DNA from: Macrostomum lignano | Taxonomy: Eukaryota | Assembly: GCA_002269645.1 (NCBI GenBank) | Contig: NIVC01000864.1 | Coordinates: 1-64,000, forward strand | Reading direction: 5' to 3' | Length of the DNA stretch: 64,000 nt | Part shown: positions 13,308 through 24,384 of the stretch, one piece after another | Numbering within the stretch: the first letter of the stretch is position 1 | How the letters are laid out: each line of letters opens with the position of its first letter | Program-made: the position numbers and the translations under genes | The notes under the pieces: generated by a model | Told to the model about the DNA's origin: nothing | Database searches by the model: none | Seen by the model: only the letters and a program-made list of their open reading frames with translations

Positions 13308-15594
13308 TCAGTCATCATCTTCTTCTCCGCGAGGCCTGCCCTTGCCCTTGCCATCCTTGCCCTTGCGCTTCTTGTCGAGCCTGTGAATATTTGCGGGGGG
13401 CAGCATGGTTCACCGACAAGACACCAATTCGAGTTTCCTTACAAAATGCACAAAATATTGCGTTAAATGTGTTATAACCTACTCTTTTAGTGAAGATTAA
13501 GAGTAGGCAATTAGCAAAGTTTAAAATGCATTGAAGCCAGGATTCAAGTGCATAAATACGTTGGCCACGATCGTAATTAGGCGCATTGTAAACTTGCGAC
13601 CGTGGCGTGAAAATTCGCTAATTGCCTACTCTTTATCTTCGCCCAAGCAGTAGACTACAATGCACATTCTGTGAATAGATGCTTTTTTCTGCTAAAGAAT
13701 TAAGAACTATGTGGCATTCTGGAGTATTCGTCTGTCAGTTTACTCACACAAGGCTGTATAGTTGATGGAGATGTAGGGTTTACTCACACAAGGCTGTAGT
13801 TGATGGAGATGTAGGGTTTACTCACACAAGGCTGTAGTTGATGGAGATGCAGGGTTTACTCACACAAGGCTGTATAGTTGATGGAGATGTAGGGTCTACT
13901 CACACAAGGCTGTTTAGTTGATGAAGATGTAGGGTCTACTCACACAAGGCTGTATAGTTGATGGAGATGTAGGGTCTACTCACACAAGGCTGTATAGTTG
14001 ATGGAGATGTAGGGTTTACTCACACAAGGCTGTATAGTTGATGGAGATGTAGGGTTTACTCACACGAGGCTGTAGTTGATGGAGATGTAGGGTTTACTCA
14101 CACAAGGCTGTATAGTTGATGGAGATGTAGGGTTTACTCACACGAGGCTGTAGTTGATGGAGATGTAGGGTTTACTCACACGAGGCTGTAGTTGATGGAG
14201 ATGTAGGGTTTACTCACACGAGGCTGTAGTTGATGGAGATGTAGGGTTTACTCACACGAGGCTGTATAGTTGATGGAGATGTAGGGTTTACTCACACAAG
14301 GCTGTATAGTTGATGGAGATGTAGGGTTTACTCACACAAGGCTGTATAGTTGATGGAGATGTAGGGTTTACTCACACAAGGCTGTATAGTTGATGGAGAT
14401 GTAGGGTTTACTCACACAAGGCTGTATAGTTGATGGAGATGTAGGGTTTACTCACACGAGGCTGTAGTTGATGGAGATGTAGGGTTTACTCACACAAGGC
14501 TGTAGTTGATGGAGATGTAGGGCTCTGGGCAGCAATCGTAGTAGGTTTCGACCCTCCTGGCGGTGGCTCTGGCCACGTCCCAACCGGCCAGAGGCTCAAA
14601 ATCGGCCATATTGAAGGGGCTGGAGCTCAGCGTCGTGTTCAGCAAGAGGCCGCTGTACACCCAGCTGCCCAGCACCGGGCGGCAGCTCATCGACTTGTTT
14701 CGCAGACGGTCGCAGGGAGCCCGCAGCCTGGCCGGCAGTACGTAGATGACGTCAGAGCTGCTCATGGCGACCACTCGGACTGGGGAGACCCGGTCCGGTA
14801 TGTAGTTCCCGCTGAGGTGGTCGGGTGGCGGAGGGAATACTTGTAATGATGGAGCAGAGCGGGCAGATGGAAGCTTTATCTTAGAAGCCTGTCACGAGAC
14901 ACTTACGCATGGAAAGGTCGAACATCCGGAATCCACAGCAGATTGGAGGGCAGGGCGATCTGGCTCAGACCACCGAATTCGGCCGGGTCCCAGCTGAGTC
15001 TCGGGTCCTTCCAGAACTGCGGAGTGGCGATTGAGAATAAGAGAGTCTCCGACGTTTTCAGGCCCGAGAATCTCTGCCAGCTCGTCCGCTACCGAAGGGC
15101 TACCGGGCGAGCAACCATCCATCTCCTGGACTCTCCGGAGGGGGACCGCGCTGCGGACACCTCTGTGTCCCGGTTTCTCCGTCAGCAACCCCTTCACACG
15201 AAACCTCCAATCGTCCTGGGCCCCCCACCTACGCTCGAGTGTGAAGAGAATTCTCTCACCATCTGGATCCACACGTCCATCTCAGCAGACGATTCCTTCA
15301 GTGACGCCACTCGCAGCAGAGACAGGCCCAGAGACAAGTCCACCGTCTGGCTTCCGTTGCCGGGAGCGATAGGCCGAGCGATGGAGCCGGTTTTGCCCAA
15401 CCGCCTCAGCAGGTAGCTCGCAAGTCTGTCTTCATCGGATTGGCCTAAAGCGATGGCATGACAAGGCAACAATGAAGTTTGAATTCAAATTGCTCAGAAG
15501 CATAAAATAGTTACGAAAACATTTAAGTTAGATCACCTTGCACCAGACAGGTGGACGCGGCCAGCAGCAGCAGGAGGGCAAGAGAATTCTTCAT
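13308..15594 (-). CDS. Secreted nicotinic-type ligand-binding-domain-only protein (acetylcholine-binding-protein-like), 247 aa
   Basis: Exons 15594-15537, 15444-15260, 15016-14907, 14811-14494, 13380-13308 total 744 nt; all junctions are AG/GT and phase-consistent. Signal peptide MKNSLALLLLLAASTCLVQG; DEDRLASYLL..ARP; VWIQM|FWKDPRLSWDPAEFGG..LWIPDV; C-x9-C loop; GSWVY; TYYDCCPEPY. Ends SLVLDKKRKGKDGKGKGRPRGEEDDD* with AATAAA at 13276-13271. Confidence 0.88.
13735..14520 (-). repeat. ~35-37-bp minisatellite made of the exon 3' end plus splice donor, ~21 copies
   Basis: Minus-strand unit CCCTACATCTCCATCAACTA(TA)CAGCCTTGT|GTGAGTAAA. The first copy is the true end of exon 4 and its donor at 14493. 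Confidence 0.95.
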
Positions 15595-16339
15595 GACCTA
15601 CTTTTGATTTTAGCAGTCGAGAATGATGCTGAGTTTCTTGCCTGTAAAACAGGCTCGCATTTATGCACGTCTGATGTAAACAAACCGGACCTCCCAGGTG
15701 TCACAGAATATCACCATCGCTAGAGAACGGCTTCGCCAGCTTTTCATGTTGGAATTTTCCAGTTTATTTACCGAATTTCGGCTTTGAGCGACTTATTTAA
15801 GATTTCTAAGATTTTAATCAGTCCAGGGACCGCAGCTGCTGTCAATCAACTTATTGTTTATCACCAGATTTTACGGTTAAGGGCTTGTTCTGACCACTTG
15901 CATGACTGCAGGTAAATCAGCATCACCTGCTTAGATTTGCTGTTTTAGGCATTGATGGCTGAAAACTTTGTGTTTTAATTTGTGTTTAGAAGTTTCAGAA
16001 TCTGATAGAAAACTCGCGGCCTTATGAATTCCAGTGCACATTTCTAGTTATTATCTAAGCCTATGACCTTCAGCTGTGAAAATGAACCAACAAAAATGCT
16101 AAATTCGCTCTTTTTGCTCCACAAATCAATAACTGAGAGCTCACAGTCCAAGCATTTGGTCAACAAAGAGCACTCAAAAATGGGATCAGGAAATTCTTTG
16201 TCCTGAGTTAGCTAATTTTACAGATCTGGGTATATTTTTATCTAAAATGTAAATTCTGGAGCGATTTAATAAAATTAAATAAAAGTTATTTCAATCTTTT
16301 ATGTTGAAACAAATAATTAAAATGAGTTTCAACACACCG

Positions 16340-16975
16340 TCACGGGTAGGCTTCAGTCACGGGTGGGCTACAGTCACGGGTGGGCTACAGTCACGGGTGG
16401 GCTTTAGTCACGGGTGGGCTTCAGTCACGGGTGGGCTGCAGTCACGTGTGGGCTGCAGTCACGGGTGGGCTGCAGTCACGGGTGGGCTACAGTCACGGGT
16501 GGGCTTTAGTCACGGGTGGGCTTCAGTCACTGGTAGGCTGCAGTCACGTGTGGGCTGCAGTCACGGGTGGGCTTTAGTCACGGGTGTGCTGCAGTCACGG
16601 GTGGGCTTCAGTCACGGGTGGGCTACAGTCACGGGTGGGCTACAGTCACGGGTGGGCTTTAGTCACGGGTGGGCTTCAGTCACTGGTAGGCTGCAGTCAC
16701 GGGTGAGCTGCAGTCACGGGTGAGCTTCAGTCAAGGATGGGCTACAGTCACGGGTGGGCTGCAGTCACGGGTGGGCTGCAGTCACGGGTGAGCTGCAGTC
16801 ACGGGTGGGCTGCAGTCACGGGTGGGCTGCAGTCACGGGTGGGCTTCAGTCACGGGTGGGCTTCAGTCACGGGTGGGCTACAGTCACGGGTGGGCTTCAG
16901 TCACGGGTGGGCTTCAGTCACGGGTGGGCTGCAGTCACGGGTGGGCTTCAGTCACGGGGTGGGCTTCAGTCACTG
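16340..16975 (+). repeat. 17-bp minisatellite (CAGTCACGGGTGGGCT[G/A/T])n
   Basis: Tandem periodicity, ~37 copies, between divergently oriented genes. Confidence 0.95.
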
Positions 16976-17209
16976 GTGATTCAATGAGGTATGCTATTTT
17001 TGTCACTTCCCAAATAAAAGGTTGCAACTCGATTACTTCCTCTACGATCTCTAACAGCTGGTTTCGAGGAAGAGAAGTGGCGAGTCTTTTGTCTATGGAG
17101 AAAGTGAACTTCTAAAATGAGTAACAGTGACTTTGTAGATATTGGTTTGGAAATTACACTGGCCTATTTGGCGCAGTGCACAGTCTGTTGCCTGGCTGCA
17201 TGCAGCACA

Positions 17210-19652
17210 ATGGCGAGGTCGCACCAACTCCCCCAGGAGGTGTCGGAAATCTGCACAGAAGATGGCCAACTTTGTCCATCGCTGAGTCGCCTGGTAGCAG
17301 ACCTCCGCCCGGAGAGTCAGTTTCACTGGCTGCTGCTCACCCTGCACTGCCTGATGGCGGAGTGCGGATTTACAGCCGCGGGCGAGGACGCAGAGACCGA
17401 AGAAGCTGAACAGCGGTCGCAGCCGGACTTCGAAGACAATCCGGATGACCAATCGATAATAAAGACGGAACTAGACGCACTGCGGGTGACCCCGCAACTG
17501 GCAGGCGCAAGTTATTCAGGAGCCGATCAGAATGAGTCCGCAAGGCTGACCCACTTTGACTTGCCGTCGTCGGTGGTCCAGCAGCTCCGACAGCTCGGCT
17601 GCCAGCCCGCCGTCTCGGTGGCGCTCCGCTACTCTTACCGGCATCGCCCTGCTGACCAACTTGAAGGCTACGCACTGCTGAAGCTGCTGAACGAAGGCGG
17701 ACAAGTCGGCTGTCACTGCGGCGTTGCACCGGCTGACAACCTGCCAGCGTCAGCCTGTGCATCCCAGCACCTCGTCCTGGCCAGGTACTTTGGCAGCGAC
17801 CCGGCCTCGGCCAGTGTTCGACTGTTGAACCAGCGGGAGTTGAGCATGAAGTTCAAGGATGGGGTGAGTTTCAAGTCAATTGACTGTACCGACAATATTT
17901 ACAAAAAGCCCTTGTTACATCTGCTAATAGTAAGTAGATCTGAGCTTTGGAAGAAAAAGTTACAAGCGCGATGTAATTTAAGTCGGAAGTACTAAAAGTA
18001 CCCGAAGAACTTTTCAAAATACTACTTACAGTAGTCGCGCTCTATTTATGCACGAAACCCGGAAACATAACGAGCTAAGCTAGGTGTTTGGACGCATTAA
18101 GGCCGGTTTAAATTACCACCAGTAGCTCCGCGGGGTCAAAGAGATTGTTCAAACCAATGTAGCAGTTGGTTCAGACCCATTTTAGAATTCATTTGAGTAA
18201 TTTTTGGGCCGCGAAGCTACCGGCGGTAATGTGAACTCGCCTTTAGGAGCAGTGAAGCTCAGCGGCTGTAGCACTTGACTCTCCCGCCACGACCCCTGCC
18301 CGTTGAAAACGTTCCCATGACAAGAATCGCTAGTGAGTCATTGTGAACAACTCACTTGCAACGGAGAGGCAACTGTTGAGTCACGTGCGCGTCACGTGAG
18401 TTACAGAATCGTAAGAGTTGCGAAAAAGCCGTCCCAGAGTAGTTGTGTTGGCGCTTAACTTTGAACTACTAACTTAAGTAGACTAAATAGAGCTGTTGTA
18501 AATGCGAAATGCGATTCTAATGCATATACGCTTTAGGCCTAAATTTACAGCGACTTTAAGCACGCCTCAAATACGACTCTACGACCCCTAAGTCATTATG
18601 GAAGCTTGCGTCGCCCCAGAGTCGTCTCAAAGTCGCAGAATAAAATGCCTCAAATAAAAAAAACGCCTTAGACGACTTTTTCGCAACCTGTACCGTGACA
18701 TCTTGACGTTTTAGAGTCGTCTAGAGTCGCTTCTGTCCTATTTTACCGGTGTTACCTGCAACGACTCTGGGGAGGCTCAAGTTACTCTGGGACGCTTCTT
18801 GACCTGGGTACCGTTTTCATCGGACTGGTTCAATTCATTAATTTGAGGCTGGCGCACAAATATTGGTCAGGGTTGTTCATCCAACCGTGAGAGCCAGAAG
18901 CACAAAGGCAGTGAAATGGGTAGAATTGCAGCACCCGCTAGTTGTGAGATGATTTTTCGATTTTCTTAGACTAAGCCTCATCCATCTTCGGTGCATGGAC
19001 AAGAGTCGTCACTTTTCCGCAAACGCAGATCGCCCTGCCCGCCAGGACGGCTCTGTTCGAGCTGAACGGCCGACCGCCTCCCCAGCCCAGCCTCGTCTGC
19101 CTGCCGCCCGAGCTGCTGCTGCAAATCATGCGCCGCTGCGACAGCTGCGTCGAGGTCTGCCGGCTGGGCCAAACCTGCCGGCTCCTGGCCGAGCTGCACC
19201 GCGACAGCTCCGTCTGGCGGGTGCTGCTTCGACGAAACTTTGCCAACAACGAAGATTCGCCGAGCTGCTCTGGCAACGGCTTCTACGAGGCCTACAAGAC
19301 GAAGCACTTCGAACGGGTCCGCCGGGCCAGGATTATCGCCCGCCTGGGCAATCGCGAGCTGTCGCTGCCCAGCCCGCTGCTTCTGGCCGCGGCGGCTGCG
19401 GCTGCTGCAGCGGCGGCGGCCATGGACTCGAGCTACGGGACCGCCCGACCGCCGGGCCGAGGCAGCAGCGGCCGGCGCTCTCTGCAGGACCTGCTGCTGC
19501 TGCCAGGCCGTGAGATTGGAGGCCACCTGCTGGGGGGCAGCGGTGGTGGCAGCGAACTTCAGCTGCATCGCCGGGGCGAGCTGCAGGACTTGGAGGAGGA
19601 GGCGGCAACGGCCGCGCTGAACCTGGCCTATCCGAGATTCCAACTGCATTGA
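17210..19652 (+). CDS. FBXO7-like F-box protein (FP/PI31-like domain + F-box), ~425 aa
   Basis: Exons 17210-17863 and 19029-19652, phase 0. LTLHCLMAECGF and LSMKFKDG|IALP resemble the FBXO7 FP domain. LVCLPPELLLQIM...CRLGQTCRLL...DSSVWRVLLRRNF is an F-box. A possible upstream exon exists (acceptor at 17176). Confidence 0.8.
18100..18242. mobile_element. MITE, PIF/Harbinger(Tourist)-like, 143 bp
   Basis: Imperfect ~35-bp terminal inverted repeats (AGGCCGGTTTAAATTACCACCAGTAGCTCCGCGG / CCGCGAAGCTACCGGCGGTAATGTGAACTCGCCT), flanked by TTA at 18097-18099 and 18243-18245. Confidence 0.6.
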
Positions 19653-19794
19653 GGTGCAGGGCTGAGGCTTTCTGTTGCCTGTTTTTGTTCTCAATTCTGA
19701 TGCGCATTTTCATTTGCGAGAGAGAATACAAAACATTATTTGCTGTAACTACAGTGTTGGCTATGTTAGAGTTTTAGTGTTCTCGTTTGACTGA

Positions 19795-21098
19795 CAGATT
19801 CTAAGGAACTGATGGAACTGTGAGGCAGATTCTCAAGGAGTGATGGAGCGGAGAGGCAGATTCTCAAGGACTGATGGAGCGGAGAGGCAGATTCTCAAGG
19901 ACTGAGGGAGCGGAGAGGCAGATTCTCAAGGACTGATGGAGCGGAGAGGCAGATTCTCAAGGACTGATGGAGCAGAGGCAGATTCTCAAGCAGTGATGGA
20001 GCGGAGAGGCAGATTCTCAAGGACTGATGGAGCGGAGAGGCAGATTCTCAAGCACTGAGGGAGCGGAGAGGCAGATTCTCAAGCACTGAGGGAGCGGAGA
20101 TGCAGATTCTCAAGGAGTGATGGAGCAGAGGCAGATTCTCAAGGAGTGATGGAGCGGAGAGGCAGATTCTCAAGCACTGAGGGAGCGGAGAGGCGGATTC
20201 TCAAGCACTGAGGGAGCGGAGAGGCAGATTCTCAAGGAGTGAGGGAGCGGAGAGGCAGATTCTCAAGGAGTGAGGGAGCGGAGAGGCAGATTCTCAAGGA
20301 GTGAGGGAGCAGAGAGGCAGATTCTCAGGGACTGATGGAGCGGAGAGGCAGATTCTCAGGGACTGAGGGAGCGGAGAGGCAGATTCTCAAGGAGTGATGG
20401 AGCGGAGATGCAGATTCTCAAGGAGTGAGGGAGCGGAGAGGCAGATTCTCAGGGACTGAGGGAGCGGAGAGGCAGATTCTCAAGGAGTGATGGAGCGGAG
20501 ATGCAGATTCTCAAGGAGTGAGGGAGCGGAGAGGCAGATTCTCAGGGACTGAGGGAGCGGAGATGCAGATTCTCAAGGAGTGAGGGAGCGGAGAGGCAGA
20601 TTCTCAGGGACTGAGGGAGCGGAGAGGCAGATTCTCAAGGAGTGATGGAGCGGAGATGCAGATTCTCAAGGAGTGAGGGAGCGGAGAGGCAGATTCTCAG
20701 GGACTGAGGGAGCGGAGAGGCAGATTCTCAAGAACTGATGGAGCGGAGAGGCAGATTCTCAAGGACTGAGGGAGCGGAGAGGCAGATTCTCAAGGAGTGA
20801 TGGAGCGGAGAGGCAGATTCTCAAGAACTGATGGAGCGGAGAGGCAGATTCTCAAGGAGTGAGGGAGCGGAGAGGCGGATGCTCAGGGACTGATGGAGCG
20901 GAGAGGCAGATTCTCAGGGACTGAGGGAGCGGAGAGGCGGATGCTCAAGGACTGATGGAGCGGAGAGGCAGATTCTCAAGGAGTGATGGAGCGGAGAGGC
21001 AGATTCTCATGGAGTGATGGAGCGGAGAGGCAGATTCTCAAGGAGTGATGGAGCGGAGATGCAGATTCTCAAGGAGTGATGGAGCGGAGATGCAGATT
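19795..21098 (+). repeat. 31-bp minisatellite (GATTCTCAAGGAGTGATGGAGCGGAGAGGCA)n, ~41 copies
   Basis: Tandem periodicity of 31. Confidence 0.96.
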
Positions 21099-21524
21099 CA
21101 AGTCTATTTGAATTACTTTCCACAATATTTCGGACAGCTTTTTAGATCCACGATTTTTTCTGAAACGTGATCACAGAAATTTGACAAATTGCGAGACTTT
21201 AAAGAAGCGGAATAGGCAAGTTTGTTTTTTATTTTCAGAGTACCCTATGCAGTCAAAATATTGCAGAGTGCAGCACTTGTTATTCGCAACAGAAGCCAGT
21301 AGGGTAAAAACAAACCTGAAGAGAGGTGTCTGGCTGTTTTAATAATTTCCCGCCCCTATGCAGCATCTCATCAGAAAGACTACTTAGGGAATTTCGTATG
21401 CTCCGACACGCATGCGGTGATGAACCTTGGGCTATTGTAGGACTATGAACCTTAGCCTGCTGTCATCAGTTACTGCTCATTGTCTTGGAGGCGCAGTGAT
21501 CGTGCTGTGATCTCTGTCTCACTG

Positions 21525-21815
21525 AGATGCCTCTCCGCTCCATCAGTCCTTGAGAATCTGCCTCTCCGCTCCATCACTCCCTGAGAATCTGCCTCTCCGC
21601 TCCCTCACTCCCTGAGAATCTGCCTCTCCGCTCCATCACTCCCTGAGAATCTGCCTCTCCGCTCCCTCACTCCCTGAGAATCTGCCTCTCCGCTCCATCA
21701 CTCCCTGAGAATCGGCCTCTCCGCTCCCTCACTCCCTGAGAATCGGCCTCTCCGCTCCCTCACTCCCTGAGAATCGGCCTCTCCGCTCCATCACTCCCTG
21801 AGAATCGGCCTCTGT
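21525..21815 (-). repeat. Same 31-bp minisatellite in inverted orientation, ~9 copies
   Basis: TGCCTCTCCGCTCCATCACTCCCTGAGAATC is the reverse complement of the left-array unit. Confidence 0.95.
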
Positions 21816-22519
21816 CAACATTGAAGGCTGCTTCAGGACGTCCCAGACTCCTCTGCAGTGCAGCAGTAAGATTTCGTGTCCTTTAGGCCACAGTGGAAAT
21901 AGGAACCTACGGACCACAGCACAGCTTGTTTCCTTTCCACATCCCTGCCGGGATAAATGCTCTGTAGAAGCTGTTAAAACGAAAAGGCGCAGGCAAATCA
22001 TGGCATTTTGCCATTCAAATGCATTCTTTTTAAACGTCACACTGTCAGGTTTCATTAAGCCTTGACGAAACCTTAATAAGTTTCACATTCGATTGAACCT
22101 TGTGTAGCTTTATACCGATTGGACCTTCCTCTGCTTTTACCCAGCAACCAATCAGGAAGTGATCTGCGCCAATTCTCTGGAAGCCCTAGGGATGATTTTC
22201 TACGGTGAATAAATACACTGCCAGAAGCATACGGCCTCACCGCCGCTGACTTTACTAGTGACAGTTTAAACTAAAAAAATTTCAGCATTTTCAACCGAAA
22301 AAGTTTATAATTTCTATTTGTTTGTAAGAATTTCGTTCGATAAAAGAGACGAGAGAGTGTGAGTACTTTTTTCGGCTGTTTGTTGACTTAATTAATGCCC
22401 TCACTTGCTCTGTGCCATAGACTACGCCACAGAGGCCATAGACTATATGTTTTACTTCTTGTATTAAATGGGAGATCCGGACCCCTAACTATTTAGGTTG
22501 TCTATAGGGTCAGGTGAGC

Positions 22520-22828
22520 AAGCAGATTGTAGCCTAGTGGTCAGATCGTCGGACTCATGAGTGAAAGGTCGGGGGTTCGATTCTCGATCCACTCGGAGCA
22601 ATTTGTGTCCTTGAGCAAGACACTTAACTCTGCAATGCTTCAGTTCACCCAGCTGTAAAATGGGTGCCAGCATTAGCTGGAGTAACTGAGGGTGTGTGGC
22701 GACCCCCCAGTCCTTGGACTGAACAGCCGTACGCAGCCTTCAGATGCGCCACGCAATAGCTGCGGCTGAGCTGTCGGTTGCACATCTGGCCATTAAGGCA
22801 GGTGCAATCATTTCAGTATTATTATTAT
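22520..22828 (+). mobile_element. tRNA-headed SINE with MIR-like CORE block, copy 2
   Basis: A box TAGCCTAGTGG, B box GGTTCGATTC, CORE-like block ~22604-22666, (TAT)n tail. Carries a ~25-bp internal segment absent from copy 1. Confidence 0.82.
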
Positions 22829-23397
22829 TACTAGGATCTAATAGTCTAACAGAGGAGATCCCAACTGAACAAGGAGTTTTCCCAAGGCGAATTGACAGGA
22901 ATTATCCGACTAGTGAGACTTGGCAATTGAAACACTTCTTTAATGTTGAGGTTCGTCTAAGGCCAATCCTACTTTAAACCGCACCTCCACCCAGAATTCT
23001 CACCCTCTGAGCTGGCATCGAGGTGGAATGCACTTGCGATTCAGTCTTAAATTTGAGCTGAAACTTTGGGACGCAGTTTGTGAGCCCCTCCCAGGGGTAG
23101 AAGCAGAGATGGTGCAGCAGTTCTATGCCTGTATAAAACCCACGTATATGATCCAGGCAACTCTCCGTTCTCACCCAGCCTGCCTTCGACCGACCGTCAA
23201 ACATTATTTTTATGTGACTGACGGAGCCATTTTTTGTCCGATGGGCGACACTCTCCGCGCCGCGATCCATCACGAATTCCGAGACTGGGCTGACTCTACG
23301 GGGTGTCACTGTGCCTCCCGCTTCCCGTCTCTCTCTATACTGAGCTGTCGGTCTTTTCCAAGCTGCCAGTATCCGCCATGTAGCGGAGGACTGAGCC

Positions 23398-23399
<2 letters not shown>

Positions 23400-23444
<45 letters not shown>
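23400..23444 (+). repeat. (TG)n microsatellite
   Basis: Direct reading. Confidence 0.95.
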
Positions 23445-23445
<1 letters not shown>

Positions 23446-23854
23446 TCAGGCGCCTGAAAGAAACTTCTGCCACACCTCCGGCCGTCAGAACTGCCGTGGC
23501 TCCGCAGTAAAACAGCAGCAGCTGCTCAGAGCCACGCAGCCTCGCAGCCTCCGCCCTCTCTTCAACCTACTCTGCAAGGGTCATTCAACGGCTGGTCGAG
23601 TATCGATATCCCCCCATAATTTGGCGGCAAACCCTCGCCCCCCCCCAACCTCCAGTTATCTCTCAGCTGAGCATTCGCGATAGCATAAATAAAAAGTGCA
23701 AAAGCTTCTTTTTTTACTGCTGTCGCCAAGTAGATGCGGGTTCGGAGCGTATTTCTAGTTCATTTCTGCGCATCGTTTGGAGCAGACTGAGCGCACTGAG
23801 CTGCTATGCAAGTACAAAAGTACAAAAGGAAGGGATTCGCCATGAAAGTTAAGA

Positions 23855-24043
23855 TTGAACACAACGATGCGGTCCAGTGTACATTGAACACAGTAATGCG
23901 GTCCAGTGTACATTGAACACAACGATGCGGTCCAGTGTACATTGAACACAATGATGCGGTCCAGTGTACATTGAACACAACGATGCGGTCCAGTGTACAT
24001 TGAACACAACGATGCGGTCCAGTGTACATTGAACACAACGATG
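23855..24043 (+). repeat. 29-bp minisatellite (TGAACACAACGATGCGGTCCAGTGTACAT)n
   Basis: ~6.5 copies, plus a solo copy at ~24782-24807. Confidence 0.92.
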
Positions 24044-24384
24044 TGACATTAAAGCTGGTTTTAACTGTCATTTTCTTTCCTTTCAAATCCAGTCCTCTGG
24101 CAGCAAAGCCGCTTTTAAAAGAAACACTAACTGCTTGCTCCGGTTTCAGTCTTTTGGTTTGTTTCGAAAGTCAAGAGAATCGCGGGCAAGACAAAAATTC
24201 TTACAGTTTTAAAAGCATTTAAAGCTTACGGTTAGCAGGATCAGGTTTCAACAGTGTCTTGAAAGGAAACCACAAAGACATCATTTCAAAGAATCAGTTT
24301 AATCTCTGTTCTGGCTTTGTGGAAAAATTATCTAAGCCTCTTCTTCAGGCACCAGGCCTCTGCGCTATATTACCATGGATGTAT

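Noticed and set aside
13308-15594. Calling this gene a conventional nAChR alpha subunit
   Set aside because: No transmembrane-coding exon was found; the terminal exon, stop and polyA signal follow the ligand-binding domain directly.
23028-23510. 160-aa ORF with non-repetitive sequence
   Set aside because: No recognisable domain or convincing splice context, and it runs into a (TG)n tract; a homology search would be needed.
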